From Anaeromyxobacter sp. (GTDB lineage: Bacteria; Myxococcota; Myxococcia; Myxococcales; Anaeromyxobacteraceae): a stretch of DNA of 64,000 bases. The translations under genes and the position numbers were made by a program. The stretch spans positions 1-64,000 of the forward strand of contig JASGJN010000005.1 of assembly GCA_049840735.1 (NCBI GenBank), in the 5' to 3' direction. How positions within the stretch are numbered: the stretch's first letter is position 1; the number at the start of each line of letters is the position of its first letter. Below, one piece after another: positions 10,717 through 21,967 of this stretch. Under the pieces are notes generated by a model. That model was not told the origin of the DNA, did no database searches, and saw only the letters and a list, made by a program, of their open reading frames with translations.

Positions 10717-11948
10717 TGGCGTTCCAGGTGGAGATCCTCTCGACCGGCGACGAGCTGCTCACCGGCCAGGTGGTGGACACCAACTCGGCCTGGGTGATGG
10801 ACCGGCTGTGGGACCTGGGCGTGATGGTGCGGCGCAAGACGCTGGTGGGCGACGACCGCGCCGACCTGGGCGCCGCGCTGCGCGAGACCACCGCCCGCGC
10901 CGACCTGGTGCTGATGAGCGGCGGCATGGGGCCGACCGAGGACGACCTCACCGCCGAGTGCGTGGCGGCGGCGCTGGGCGTGCCGCTGGAGCTGCACGAG
11001 CCCTCGCTGCGCGCCATCGAGGAGCGGTTCCGGCGGCTGGGGCGCGAGATGACCCCCAACAACGCCCGGCAGGCCCGCTTCCCTCGCGGCGCCGAGGTGA
11101 TCCCCAACCGCTTCGGCACCGCGCCCGGCTTCTCGGTGCGGCTGGCGCGGGCCGAGCTGGTCTGCCTGCCCGGCGTGCCGGTCGAGCACAAGGGGCTCTG
11201 CGACGAGTGGGTGCTGCCGCGGCTGGCCTCCCGGCTGGGCGAGGTGCCTGCCGCACGCGTGGTGAAGCTCTTCGGCGTGCCGGAGTCGCACGCCGACCAC
11301 GCGATGCGCCCGCTGATGGACGCGCCCGGGCAGGCCGGGGTCCGGTTCGGCTACCGGGCCCACTGGCCGGAGGTCCACGTGAAGTGGACCGTGGCCGGCC
11401 CGGACGCCGCCGCCCGCGCCGACGCGCTGCTGGCCCAGGTGCGGGCCCTGTTCGGCGAGGCGGTGTGGGGCGAGGGCAAGGACGAGCTGCCCGCCCGCGT
11501 GGTGGCGGCGCTGGCCGCGCGCGGCGAGCGGGTGGCGCTGGCCGAGAGCTGCACCGGCGGCCTCGTGGCCGAGCTGCTCACCGACGTGGCCGGCGCCTCG
11601 GCGGTGCTGGACCTGGGCGTGGTGGCGTACGCCGACCGGATCAAGGCGCAGGTGCTGGGCGTTCCGGCCGAGGTGCTGGCCGCGCACGGCGCCGTCTCCG
11701 AGCCCGTGGCCCGCGCCCTGGCCGAGGGCGCGCGCCGGGTCGGCGGCGCGACCTGGGGCCTCGGGATCACCGGCGTCGCCGGCCCCGGCGGCGGCTCGGC
11801 GGAGAAGCCGGTCGGCACCGTGCACCTGGCGCTGGCCGGGCCCGGCGGCACGCAGGCCGTGGCGCGGCTCTACCGCGGCGACCGGGCGCGAATCCGCCGG
11901 CAGGCGGCGTTCGAGGCGCTGAATCTGCTCAGGTTGGCGGTGGGGTGA
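10716..11948 (+). CDS. cinA: CinA competence/damage-inducible protein (MoCF-like + PncC NMN deamidase domains)
   Basis: TGDELLTGQVVDTN, GGMGPTEDD, LPGVP, AESCTGG, GAVSE, GVAGPGGG..EKPVG; TGATG overlap with pgpA. Confidence 0.94.
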   Translation: MAFQVEILSTGDELLTGQVVDTNSAWVMDRLWDLGVMVRRKTLVGDDRADLGAALRETTARADLVLMSGGMGPTEDDLTAECVAAALGVPLELHEPSLRAIEERFRRLGREMTPNNARQARFPRGAEVIPNRFGTAPGFSVRLARAELVCLPGVPVEHKGLCDEWVLPRLASRLGEVPAARVVKLFGVPESHADHAMRPLMDAPGQAGVRFGYRAHWPEVHVKWTVAGPDAAARADALLAQVRALFGEAVWGEGKDELPARVVAALAARGERVALAESCTGGLVAELLTDVAGASAVLDLGVVAYADRIKAQVLGVPAEVLAAHGAVSEPVARALAEGARRVGGATWGLGITGVAGPGGGSAEKPVGTVHLALAGPGGTQAVARLYRGDRARIRRQAAFEALNLLRLAVG

Positions 11949-11994
11949 GGGGGCCGCGGGGCGCTGGCGGGGACGGGGGGCCAGTCGTCCATTC

Positions 11995-12043
11995 CCGTTC
12001 GCCCTGAGCGTAGCCCCGCCGCAGGCGGGGCGGAGTCGAAGGG
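11995..12043 (+). repeat. REP-like hairpin element, copy 1
   Basis: CCGTTCGCCCTGAGCGTA-GCCCCGCC-GCA-GGCGGGGC-GGAGTCGAAGGG between convergent genes; flanks match copies at 16537 and 34341. Confidence 0.8.
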
Positions 12044-12143
12044 CAGGCGTGGAGCAGGTTTCCGCCGGGAGCGCCCTGGATGGCGCAGCGGCGCCCTGGC
12101 CGTCCTTGAACCGGAACAACTCGCCTCCGAACGGCCCCTGCCA

Positions 12144-12605
12144 TCAGCCTTGCGCGGGCTTCTCCACGCAGAACCGCTCCACGAACGCGTCCCACGACAG
12201 CCGGCCCGCGCCGGTGGCCATCAGCTCCTCGTAGAGCGCGGCCGCGGCCGGGAGCAGCTCGGCCATGGGGCGGGGCGCGTAGCGCGCGGTCAGGCCGCCG
12301 TCCTCCAGGATCCGCTTCACCAGCGCCTCCACGTTCACCGCCCGTCCCTCCAGCTTGCCGGCGCGGTCGATGAGCCAGCCCACCAGCTGGCCGATCCGCT
12401 CGCGCGAGGCCACCCGGACGCCGGCGCCGCCGGCCACCAGCGCGTCGTTGACGGCGTCGGGCGCGGCCTGGCGGACCACGATCCAGGTGAGCGAGCGCTC
12501 GGCCTCGAACCCCGCCTTGGCCAGGGCAGCCTTGCAGCGGGCCTCCTCCTCCGGCGGGCAGCGGACGCGGACGACGGGCTCGAGGCGAGGGGCGGGGGCG
12601 GTCAT
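12144..12605 (-). CDS. Hypothetical protein
   Basis: MTAPAPRLEPVVRVRC...FCVEKPAQG, GC3-rich frame with protein-like composition at the end of a long shadow ORF. Confidence 0.65.
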   Translation of the reverse strand: MTAPAPRLEPVVRVRCPPEEEARCKAALAKAGFEAERSLTWIVVRQAAPDAVNDALVAGGAGVRVASRERIGQLVGWLIDRAGKLEGRAVNVEALVKRILEDGGLTARYAPRPMAELLPAAAALYEELMATGAGRLSWDAFVERFCVEKPAQG

Positions 12606-12698
12606 GGGTGGGCCGCATGTAGCGCCCCTGTGCGCTGGGCGCAAGGGCGGCGGGGCCGCGGGGCGCGGCACGCCGCGGCGCGCTATGGGATCCTGGCC

Positions 12699-13178
12699 AT
12701 GGCGGAGGATCCGGACGACCAAGCCCTGCAGCTGCTCCGGGAACGCAGCGGCCTCTCCATCGACGCCGAGGGGCGGCTCCTGCACCTCGGGCAGCCCATC
12801 ACCCACGCCCGCACGCTGGCGGTGCTCTGGGGCTCGCTCACGCGCGCCCCCGACGGCCGCTACCAGGTGGCCATCGGCCGCGAGCGCGCCTTCGTCGCCG
12901 TGTCCGACGCGCCCTACGGCGTCCGCGGGCTGCGCGCGGGCGCGGAGGGGCCCCCGCTGCTGCTGCTCACCGACGGCAGCCAGGAGCCGCTCGACCCGGC
13001 CACGCTGACGCTGGGCGCCGATGGCGTGCTCCGCTGCCAGGTGAAGGGGGACCACGCGGCCCGGTTCACCCGCGGGGGACAGGCGGCGCTCGGGGAATGG
13101 CTGGAGGAGGACCCGCCCGGGTCGGGGCGCTACGTACTCCGCGTGAATGGCCGCGCCTGGCCGATCCGCTCCGCCTAG
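12699..13178 (+). CDS. DUF1285-like hypothetical protein
   Basis: LSIDAEGRLLHLGQPITH..L, DGRY, V.V.DAPY, ARFTR pattern recalled from DUF1285 proteins. Confidence 0.65.
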   Translation: MAEDPDDQALQLLRERSGLSIDAEGRLLHLGQPITHARTLAVLWGSLTRAPDGRYQVAIGRERAFVAVSDAPYGVRGLRAGAEGPPLLLLTDGSQEPLDPATLTLGADGVLRCQVKGDHAARFTRGGQAALGEWLEEDPPGSGRYVLRVNGRAWPIRSA

Positions 13179-13255
13179 CTCGCTCCAGCCTGGTGGCGGG
13201 TCCCACTCCTTGTGGTTGCTCGTACCCCGGGACAGGTCTACGTAAGCTAGCCAGG

Positions 13256-16200
13256 ATGGCCACCGGCAAGCCCCTCCTCGCCCTGGTGCTCGCGCTGCCG
13301 CTGGCCGCCCAGGCCCAGCTTCCGCCAGGCGGGTCGCTGCGGGCGCCCTCGCTGGGGGACGGGCTGCGGACCATGGACCAGCTGCTGCAGAAGCAGCTGG
13401 AGCACCGGGCGCCGCCCATCGCCGCGCCGCCCTCCGCCGGCGGCGCTGACCTGCCGCCGGAGCTGGACCTGCCGGCGCTGACAGGCCTGGAGCAGGTCTA
13501 CGTGCTGCCGGAGCGGGCCGGGCAGAACCAGGTGCCCTGGTTCCGGTTCGACTGGGAGTCGGTCGATTCTGGCCACCCCCGGCGCCGGCGGCAAGGGCGG
13601 GCTGCGCCTGTTCTTCTACCGGAAGGAGCTGCCCCAGGTCCGCCGCGCGCTGCCCGCAATCCAGAGCTCGTACGCGCGGCTGGTGGAGGCCTTCCACTAC
13701 ACGCCCACCAAGCGCATCCCCTACCTGCTCTTCGCCACCCAGCGCGAGTTCGCCACCCAGAACGTCTTCCAGGTCACCGAGTCGGTGCTGGGCGTCACCT
13801 CGCCCGAGGACCTCAAGATGACGGTGCCGTACTTCGGCGACCACGCCCGGTTCGTCGAGGTCTCCACCCACGAGATGGTGCACCAGTTCACCATCCAGAA
13901 GCTGATGGACCAGTCCGGCGGCGAGGACCTGGCCTCGCCCATCGAGCTGTTGCCGCTCTGGTACATCGAGGGGATCGCCGAGTACTACACCAAGGGTGGA
14001 ATCGACGTCGAGACCGACCAGTACCTGCGCGACCTGGTCTGGAACCCCGACCCGCGCCGCGGCTACGAGATCCTCCCCTTCGCCGAGGACCGGCTGCGCG
14101 GCTACATCCCCACCTACAAGCTGGGGCAGGCGCGCATCGCCTTCATCGCCGAGGAGTACGGGCGCGAAAAGATCCAGGGCTTCCTGGAGAACGCCTACCT
14201 GCTGGGCCAGGACACGCCCTCCCACGGCCCCGAGGCGGAGCTGGACCGGGGCGATGGCGGCGCCTCGCGCGGCTTCGCGGCGCTGGTCCGGCGGGTGTTG
14301 AACGAGCCGCTCGACCAGGTGGACGCGCGCTGGCACGCCTGGCTGAAGCGGCGCTACTACGCGGCCTACCTCGACGCGCGGCAGGACCTCTCCTCGCTGC
14401 GGCGGGTGCGCGGGCTCCCCGCCGAGCCGGAGCACGCCAGCGTCTCGCCCGACGGCCAGGTGGCGCTCTTGCGCGGCATCGATCGCGAGAAGGGGCGCGC
14501 GCGCATGTACCTGCTCGACCTGCGCGCGCCCCGCACCGCGGTCGAGCTGGCCTCCGACAGCGTGCCCGGCTACGAGTCCTTCCACCCCATCGACTACGGC
14601 ACCACGGCGGTGGGCGCCTCCAGCCTGGCCTTCTCGGCGCAGGACGGCATCGGCGACCGGCTCTACGTGCAGCGCTTCCGCCACAAGGCGGAGCAGGGCA
14701 AGACCCCCCACTTCCAGATGGGCAAGCGGCGCGCCCTGGACGTGCGCCCGCCCGGCGGCGGCACCCGGTTCATCACCATCGCCGACCCGGCCTTCTCGCC
14801 GGACGAGAAGGAGATCGCGTTCGTGGGCGTGGCCGCGGACGGGCAGCAGGACATCTACGTGGCCCCGGCGCGCGGGACCTCGGTGGCGCGGCGGCTCACC
14901 AACGACTTCTTCGCCAAGAAGGACCTGGCCTGGGGCAAGGCGGGCATCTACTACGCCTCCGACGCCACCGACCACGGCCGGCTCAACCTGTTCCTGATCG
15001 ACCCGGCCACCGGCGCGAAGCAGCGCCTCACCACCGGCCCGTCCAGCGATCGCCATCCGGCCCCGCAGCCCAGCGGCGCCGTCTACTTCTCCTCCGACGC
15101 CGACGGGAAGCCGGACCTCTGGGAGCTGCAGCAGGGGCGCGTGCGGCGGCTGACCGACTTCACCACCGGCCTCACCAACCCGGCCCTCTCCGCCCGCGGC
15201 CGCGGGCTCTACGCCGCGACCTTCAACAGCGGCTACTTCCGCCTGGTGGAGGTGCCGCGCGTGGTCTGGCTGGATCAGCCCTGGCGCGACGTGGCGCCGG
15301 CCGTCGGCGAGCCGCTGCCCATCCCAGAGGTGGAGGTGCCGCTCGACAAGGCCGTGGCCTACCGCGCCACCAGGCTGCGCAACTGGAAGCCGGAGACCGG
15401 CTTCATCTACGGCGGCGGCTCGGGCGGCGGCGTGGCCGGGCGCGCGGCGGTGCTCTTCACCGACTACCTGCGCGACAACCTGCTCTACGCCGACGTCTCC
15501 GTCTACGGCTCCCTCGACTACACCCAGGCGCTGATCCTCTACGAGAACCGCGCCCACCGCCCCGGCCTGGTGCTGGGCGGGTTCCACTACGTCCAGCAGC
15601 AGATCGACACGCTGGACCTGAACCTGGCCTACTACCAGCGCGAGTTCGGCCTGGCCGCCGCCCTGCGCTACCCCATCGACCGGTTCAGGCGCGTGGAGCT
15701 GGAGCTGTCGGTGGGCGGCATCCAGCGGTACTGCCTGACCGACTTCACCGGCTCCACCACGCTGGCCTGCGGCGGCATCCAGATCGACAGCGGCGGCCCC
15801 TACCACGGCAGCACCGCGGCCTGGAACTCGGCCAACGGCGGCGTGAACCCCACCATCAACCCCTCGCTCCGCTTCGGCGAGGACACGCTCCGCTACGACC
15901 CGCTCACCGGCCCACTGGACGGCGACTCGATCGTGCTGGAGCTGGGCGGCGGATACCTGCCCGGGCGCGACGCCGTGCACGGGTTCGTGCGGGCCGACCT
16001 GCAGCACTACTGGCAGCTCCTGGGGCGCTCCAACTTCTCGCTCCGCTTCGCCGGCGGCACCACCTTCGCGGCCAACCAGAACAGCAAGCGCTGGGCGCGC
16101 GACTGGTGGCTCACCTCGGCCGACAACCTGCGCGGCTTCTACCCCGGCGACGTCAGCTACCTGATCGGCCAGCACTACTACGTCACCAACGCCGAGCTGC

Positions 16201-16508
16201 AGCTGCCGCTCGACCCCATCCTGCGCCTGGCCTTCTTCCAGTACATCGAGGGCGTGGCCGCCATGGACTTCGGCGGCGTGTTCAACCGGACCGAGAGCCG
16301 CCTCGCGCCCAACGGCGAGGTGCTCGAGCCCGGGGCCTGGGACGCGCGCACCCTCACCGGCGTGCTGGGCGTGAACGTGCTCTTCGGTCCGCTGCTGGTG
16401 CGCGTGCACTTCGGCCACCCCTTCGACATCGGCGGGCTGGAGACGCCGGCGCTCCGCTCGAACTCGACCTGGGTGACGAACGTGACGCTCAGGTGGTTCT
16501 TCTTCTAG
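13256..16508 (+). CDS. Large outer-membrane protein: HEXXH peptidase-like domain + TolB/PD40 propeller + Omp85-type barrel; one +1 frameshift at about 13567
   Basis: Signal peptide; THEMVH...WYIEGIAEY; SVSPDG, DPAFSPD, FSSDADG repeats; LRGF motif; C-terminal Phe. Confidence 0.8.
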
Positions 16509-16536
16509 AGAGGCCGCCCTCGGTCCCGTTTAGTTT

Positions 16537-16604
16537 TTCGACTCCGCGAGCCGGGAAGCGACGCGTGTGGCGCGCGCCCGGCTCGCTACGCTCAGGACGA
16601 ACGG
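16537..16604 (-). repeat. REP-like hairpin element, copy 2
   Basis: TTCGACTCC-GCGAGCCGGG...CCCGGCTCGC-TACGCTCAGGACGAACGG between convergent genes. Confidence 0.8.
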
Positions 16605-16623
16605 AGGCCCCGGGAAGCGGCGC

Positions 16624-16656
16624 CCGTTCGCGGTTCGACAGGCTGACCGCGAACGG
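16624..16656. repeat. Short palindromic member of the same REP-like family
   Basis: CCGTTCGCGG-TTCGACAGGCTGA-CCGCGAACGG with a perfect 10-bp stem. Confidence 0.7.
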
Positions 16657-16706
16657 AACGCCAGACTCCAGACCCCAGGCCCCATGGCGCCCCCAGCCCG
16701 CTCCCC

Positions 16707-17756
16707 TCACGCCACCGCCGCCTCCGCTTCCGCCGCCTGGGCCGCGCCGGGCTCGACGGCGGTGCCGGCCTTGATCCGCTCGACGAGCCGCTCCAGCGCG
16801 GCGGGGTTGGCCTTGAGCCACTCCACGGCCCGCTCTCGCCCCTGGCCCATGCGCTCGCCGTCCAGGGCGAAGTAGGCCCCCGCCTTCTCCACCAGGCCGC
16901 GCGCCACGCCGAGGTCCAGCGCCTCTGCCAGCCGGTCCACGCCCACGCCGTAGCGGATGTCGAACTCCGCCTCCCTGAACGGCGGCGCGACCTTGTTCTT
17001 CACCACCTTGACCCGCGTCCGGCTGCCGATCACGTCCTCGCCGTCCTTGATCTGCCCGGTGCGGCGGATGTCGAGCCGGACCGAGGCGTAGAACTTGAGC
17101 GCGTGGCCGCCGGTGGTGGTCTCCGGGTTGCCGAAGACCACGCCGATCTTCATCCGGATCTGGTTGATGAAGAGGACGAGGGCGCCGGTCTTCGCGACCA
17201 CGCCGGTGAGCTTGCGCAGCGCCTGGCTCATGAGCCGGGCCTGGATGCCCATGTGCGCGTCGCCCATCTCGCCCTCGATCTCGGCCTTGGGGACCAGCGC
17301 CGCCACCGAGTCCACCACCAGCAGGTCGCAGGCGCCGCTCCGGACCAGCTGCTCGGCGATGTCCAGCGCCTGCTCGCCGGTGTCCGGCTGGGCGATGAGC
17401 AGCTCGGAGAGGTCCACCCCCAGCTTGCGCGCGTAGGTGACGTCCAGCGCGTGCTCGGCGTCCACGAAGGCGGCGACGCCGCCGGCGCGCTGGGCCTCGG
17501 CCAGCGCGTGCAGCGCCAGCGTGGTCTTGCCGGACGACTCCGGCCCGTAGATCTCGACGATCCGGCCGCGGGGCAGGCCGCCCACCCCCAGCGCCAGGTC
17601 CAGGCCGATCGAGCCGGTGGAGACCACCGGCAAGGCCGCCGGCGGCCCGGCGTCGCCCATCCGCATGATGGACCCCTTCCCGTGCGCCTTCTCGATGTCC
17701 GCCACCGTCTTCGCGATGGCCTTCTCCTTCTCCGAACCCTTGTCGCGCTTGAACAC
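16707..17756 (-). CDS. recA: Recombinase A
   Basis: GTG start after [56 protein letters not shown]. Confidence 0.97.
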   Translation of the reverse strand: MFKRDKGSEKEKAIAKTVADIEKAHGKGSIMRMGDAGPPAALPVVSTGSIGLDLALGVGGLPRGRIVEIYGPESSGKTTLALHALAEAQRAGGVAAFVDAEHALDVTYARKLGVDLSELLIAQPDTGEQALDIAEQLVRSGACDLLVVDSVAALVPKAEIEGEMGDAHMGIQARLMSQALRKLTGVVAKTGALVLFINQIRMKIGVVFGNPETTTGGHALKFYASVRLDIRRTGQIKDGEDVIGSRTRVKVVKNKVAPPFREAEFDIRYGVGVDRLAEALDLGVARGLVEKAGAYFALDGERMGQGRERAVEWLKANPAALERLVERIKAGTAVEPGAAQAAEAEAAVA

Positions 17757-17811
17757 GTCGCTCTCCTTGCTCGCCCGCTCGGCGCGGGTGCCTTGGCGCC
17801 GCCGCGGCGCC

Positions 17812-19342
17812 TCAAACGATGGGCCGGTCGAGGGCCCGGTACTGGATCGCCTCCGCCACGTGCACCGCCGCGATTCTGCGCTGCGCCCTCCAGGTCCGCC
17901 AGCGTGCGGGCCACCCGGAGCACCTTGTCGTGGGCGCGCGCCGAGAGCCCCAGCCGCGCCACGGCCTCGGCCAGCAGCCGGCGGCCGGCCTCGTCCGGCG
18001 AGGCGTGCCGGCGCAGCGCCGCCCCGCGCAGCCGCGCGTTGAGCGCCGGACCGCGCGGGGCGTCGCGCGACGCCTGCCGCGCCCGCGCGCGCGCCACCCG
18101 GTCCCGCACCTCTGCCGAGGCCTCGGCCCCGGCCGGCGCGCCGGCGCCCAGCAGCGCCACCGGCACGGCCGGCACGTCCACGTGCAGGTCGATCCGGTCC
18201 AGCAGCGGCCCGGAGATGCGCCGGCGGTAGGTGAGCAGCTCGTGCGAGGTGCAGTGGCAGGCGCGCGTCCGGTCGCCGTGGTGGCCGCACGGGCACGGGT
18301 TCATGGCCGCGACCAGCATGACCTGCGACGGGTAGGTGACGCTCCGCCCGGCGCGGGCGATGCACACCTCGCCGTCCTCCAGCGGCTGGCGCAGCGCCTC
18401 CAGCACGTTGCGCCGGAACTCCGGCAGCTCGTCCAGGAAGAGCACGCCGTGGTGCGCCAGCGAGACCTCTCCCGGGCGCGGGATGCTGGTGCCGCCCACC
18501 AGCCCGGCGTCGGAGATGGTGTGGTGCGGCGCGCGGAAGGGCCGGTCGCGCAGCAGGCCGCGGTGGCGGACCAGCCCGGCCACGCTGTGGACCACGGTGG
18601 CCTCCAGCGCCTCCTCGAAGCCCAGCGGCGGGAGGATGCCGGGGAGGCGGCGCGCCAGCATGGTCTTGCCGCTGCCGGGTGGACCGAAGAACAGCACGTT
18701 GTGCCCGCCGGCGGCGGCCACCTCCAGCGCGCGCTTGGCGTGGGCCTGCCCGGCCACCTCGGCCAGGTCGGCGGAGGGGGCCTCCGCCCCGGCGGCCGGC
18801 GCCGCAGCGGGCGCGGGCGGCTTCAGCCCCTCGTTCCCCTTGCACCAGGCCACCAGGTCGCCCAGGTGCTGGGCGGTGAGCACCTGCAGCCCCTCCACCA
18901 CCGCCGCCTCCAGCCCGTTGGCCGCCGGGACCACCAGCGCCCGCGCGCCGGCGTTGCGCGCCTCGATGGCGATGGGGAGCACGCCGCGGACCGGCAGCAC
19001 CTCCCCGGAGAGCGACAGCTCGCCCACCAGGTGCACCCCCTGCAGCCTCGCCGGCGGCACCGCCTCGTCCACCGCCAGCATGCCCGCGGCGATGGGCAGG
19101 TCGAAGCCGGTCCCGTCCTTGCGCAGGTCGCCCGGCGAGAGGTTGATGGTGATCTTCCGCGACGGCGTCTTCACGCCCATGTTCCGCAGCGCTGCCGCCA
19201 CGCGGTATTTGGACTCGTTCACGCCGGAGCCGGGCAGCCCCACCACCACCACGCCCGGCATGCCGTCGGCCAGGTCCACCTCGACGTCCACCGGGACGGC
19301 GTGGACGCCCAGCACGGTGGCGGTCCGGACGCGGACGAGCAT
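17812..19342 (-). CDS. comM: ComM/YifB Mg-chelatase-like AAA+ ATPase, +1 frameshift at about 17874 near the C-terminus
   Basis: [61 protein letters not shown]; corrected end [20 protein letters not shown]. Confidence 0.93.
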
Positions 19343-19354
19343 GCCGGCCACTGG

Positions 19355-19370
19355 AGCAGGCCGCGTGCCA
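19355..19370 (-). promoter_or_regulatory. Putative sigma-54 (-24/-12) promoter for comM
   Basis: TGGCACGCGGCCTGCT = GG-N10-GC with TGGCACG, ending 12 nt before the ATG. Confidence 0.6.
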
Positions 19371-19489
19371 GCCGCCTGGGCGCGTGATCCCGCGCGCTTG
19401 GACGGCCGCGAAGATGGGCGACCGGCCGCGCCGCGGACGGTGGGGTCCGCGCCACGGACCACGCCGGACCAGATCAGCCGGGGCGGGGC

Positions 19490-21886
19490 TCAGCCGCGCC
19501 GGCGCGCGAGGTCGTCGGCGGCCAGCGCCAGGAACAGGAAGTCGGCCGCGCCGCCCACCACGTACTCCGCCTGCTGCCACAGGTAGGGCCAGTCGAGCAG
19601 CTCCGGCAGGTCCGGCCGGATCAGCGCCGTGCCGGAGACGCTGCCGCCGGGGACGTGGCCGCCGTCGGCGCGGTTGAGGCCGTACGCGCTGGTGACCGAG
19701 CGCGCCCCCACCCCGCTGACGAAGGACGCGCCGTTCGCGCCGGGGTGGCACCCGAGCACGAACGCCAGCGCGTGGAACACGGGCGCGTCGTCGTACAGGT
19801 CGGGGAAGGCGCGGTGCAGGTAGTACTGCTCGCGGCCGAAGGCCTGCACCGCCCACCCGTGGCCCCAGATGGCCGGGCGGTACGGCACGCCGTAGGGCGT
19901 CTCCGCGGACAGGCGCCGCACCTCGGCCGCGTGCGCCCGCGCCGCCTCGCGCGCAGCGGCGGCGGCGCCCGGGCCCAGCCGGCCCAGCGCCCTGGCCAGG
20001 AGCCAGCCGGTCTCGGCGAAGCGGGCGCACACCGCCGCGCGCTCCGCCTCCAGCCAGCCGCGGTAGCGCGCCTCGCCGGTGGCGAGCAGGAGCTCCACCG
20101 CCGCGCCGGCGCGGGCCGCGGCCGAGGCGCCGCCGGCGCCCTCCCAGAGCGCCGCCGCGAGCCCCAGGCACTCGGCCGCGAGCGCGTCGTCGAACCCGGG
20201 CAGCACGCGGGCGGCGGCCGCGAGCCCGGCCGCGACCAGCAGCTCGCGGTCCGGCGCCTCCTCGGTGAAGACCCAGCGGTCGTCCGCCGCCGGCGCGCCC
20301 GGGGACGGCGGGCGCGGGTCGAGCACGCGGCCGTCGGTCGCGTTCACCGGATCGCCGGTGAGCGTGTACTGCGCGAGCGTGGCCTCGATGATCCCGCGGT
20401 ACGGCCGGCCCAGCGCGCGGCAGCCGCCCACCACCGAGCGGAGCCCGTGGCGGAGCTGCTGGAGCACGTCGGGCTGCCCGTCCGGCCGGCCCAGCTCCAC
20501 CAGGCGCCGCGCCTCGTCCACGGTCACCCCGTCGTGATCGACCCCGAACGCCTCGCGCGCCAGCGCCAGGGCGCGCACGGTCTCGACCTGCGACTCGACC
20601 CGGAGATCGTGGTCGCCCGCGTCGTGCCAGCCGCCCTGGTCGAGGCCGGGCACGTGCGCTCCCGGCGCGAACCGGCACAGCGTGGACGGTCCCTGCGCGT
20701 AGCCGTCGAAGTGGAGGTGGTCCACCGGCGCCATCCGCGCGTCGTCCAGGTGGCAGGCGCCGTGCCAGACCCGGTACCGGTCCACCACGCGCACGTGGCA
20801 CATCTGCACCGGCAGGAACACCTCCAGCGTGGGCTGCCACACATGGCGCGCCAGGACGTCCGGGCCGATCCGGAACGGGCTCGAGCGGGCCGCGCCGTAG
20901 CTGAGCTCGTAGAGCCCCGGGGCCTCCACCGCGCTGAAGTCGAGCCGGAGCACCTCCGACGACAGGAAGCGACCCCACGGCGCGGGGCGCGCGCGCAGCA
21001 CCGGGACGCGCGCCCCCGAGGGCTCGAGCCGCGCCAGCACGGCCTCCGGCCGCTCAGGGTCGCGCGGGTCGTGCGCCAGCACCGCCACCTTGGGGCTCCT
21101 GGCCGGATAGCCGACCTGCGAGACCTGCACCACGGGCGGCTCGAGGAAGCCGGGGACGGCGTGCGGCGTCACGCGCCACTCGACCTCGGTCGCGCCCGCC
21201 GGCACCGGCGAGCGGACGATGAACCAGCCGTTGGGGTGCTGTCCGCGCCCGTCCACCAGCTCCAGCAGGCCGGGCCCGAGCAGCTCGACCGTGAGCCGCT
21301 GCAGCTCCGACTCCGGCGCCACCGTGAGCCGCCGCCCCTCGGCCAGGGCCGCGATCTGGTAGGCGCCCTCGGCGTCGAGCGTCCCCGGCCCGTCCGGCTG
21401 GCGGGGGAAGAGGCCGGCCCGCTCGCCCGCGGGTCCCTCCATGATCCAGGCGCGGCCGAAGAGGTGGCCAGGGAAGAGCTCCAGCTGCAGCGCCACGCGG
21501 CCGAGCCAGGCGGCCGGGACCGGCGCGTCGAGGGCGACCCGGAGCCGGAAGCCCTCGCCGTCCGGCCGGACCGACAGCGTGTAGTCGAGCCGGAGCGGCG
21601 GGTAGGTGATGGGGTTGAAGCCCCGCCGATCCTTCTCCGGATCCGGGTAGCGGCAGCGGACCCGCACCTCGTCCGCGGCGCGGTCCACCTCCCGCGGCCC
21701 GGCGCTCGGCGTGGGCTGCCACTGCCCGGGCGTCCGATCGAGCCGGAGGTCGCCGTTCGCGGCCACGCGGTGGCCGTGCTGCACCACCGTCACGCCGCCC
21801 TGGTGGCCCTCGGGGTAGTCGTCGTGACCGAGCCGGACGCCCAGGCCGGGCGCCTCCAGGTACTCCTCACGGTTCAGCTGCAGCAC
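19490..21886 (-). CDS. Glycoside hydrolase family 9 (N-terminal domain + Ig-like + GH9), no evident signal peptide
   Basis: VSQVGY...PKVAV Ig-like motif, [29 protein letters not shown]. Confidence 0.85.
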   Translation of the reverse strand: MLQLNREEYLEAPGLGVRLGHDDYPEGHQGGVTVVQHGHRVAANGDLRLDRTPGQWQPTPSAGPREVDRAADEVRVRCRYPDPEKDRRGFNPITYPPLRLDYTLSVRPDGEGFRLRVALDAPVPAAWLGRVALQLELFPGHLFGRAWIMEGPAGERAGLFPRQPDGPGTLDAEGAYQIAALAEGRRLTVAPESELQRLTVELLGPGLLELVDGRGQHPNGWFIVRSPVPAGATEVEWRVTPHAVPGFLEPPVVQVSQVGYPARSPKVAVLAHDPRDPERPEAVLARLEPSGARVPVLRARPAPWGRFLSSEVLRLDFSAVEAPGLYELSYGAARSSPFRIGPDVLARHVWQPTLEVFLPVQMCHVRVVDRYRVWHGACHLDDARMAPVDHLHFDGYAQGPSTLCRFAPGAHVPGLDQGGWHDAGDHDLRVESQVETVRALALAREAFGVDHDGVTVDEARRLVELGRPDGQPDVLQQLRHGLRSVVGGCRALGRPYRGIIEATLAQYTLTGDPVNATDGRVLDPRPPSPGAPAADDRWVFTEEAPDRELLVAAGLAAAARVLPGFDDALAAECLGLAAALWEGAGGASAAARAGAAVELLLATGEARYRGWLEAERAAVCARFAETGWLLARALGRLGPGAAAAAREAARAHAAEVRRLSAETPYGVPYRPAIWGHGWAVQAFGREQYYLHRAFPDLYDDAPVFHALAFVLGCHPGANGASFVSGVGARSVTSAYGLNRADGGHVPGGSVSGTALIRPDLPELLDWPYLWQQAEYVVGGAADFLFLALAADDLARRRG

Positions 21887-21967
21887 GGCGCACCTCCGCC
21901 CACGAACCGCGGGCCCGGGTGGCGGGCGGCACCAGGAGGGGGCTCTCGGGGTGCCCCCGCCGCCCGC

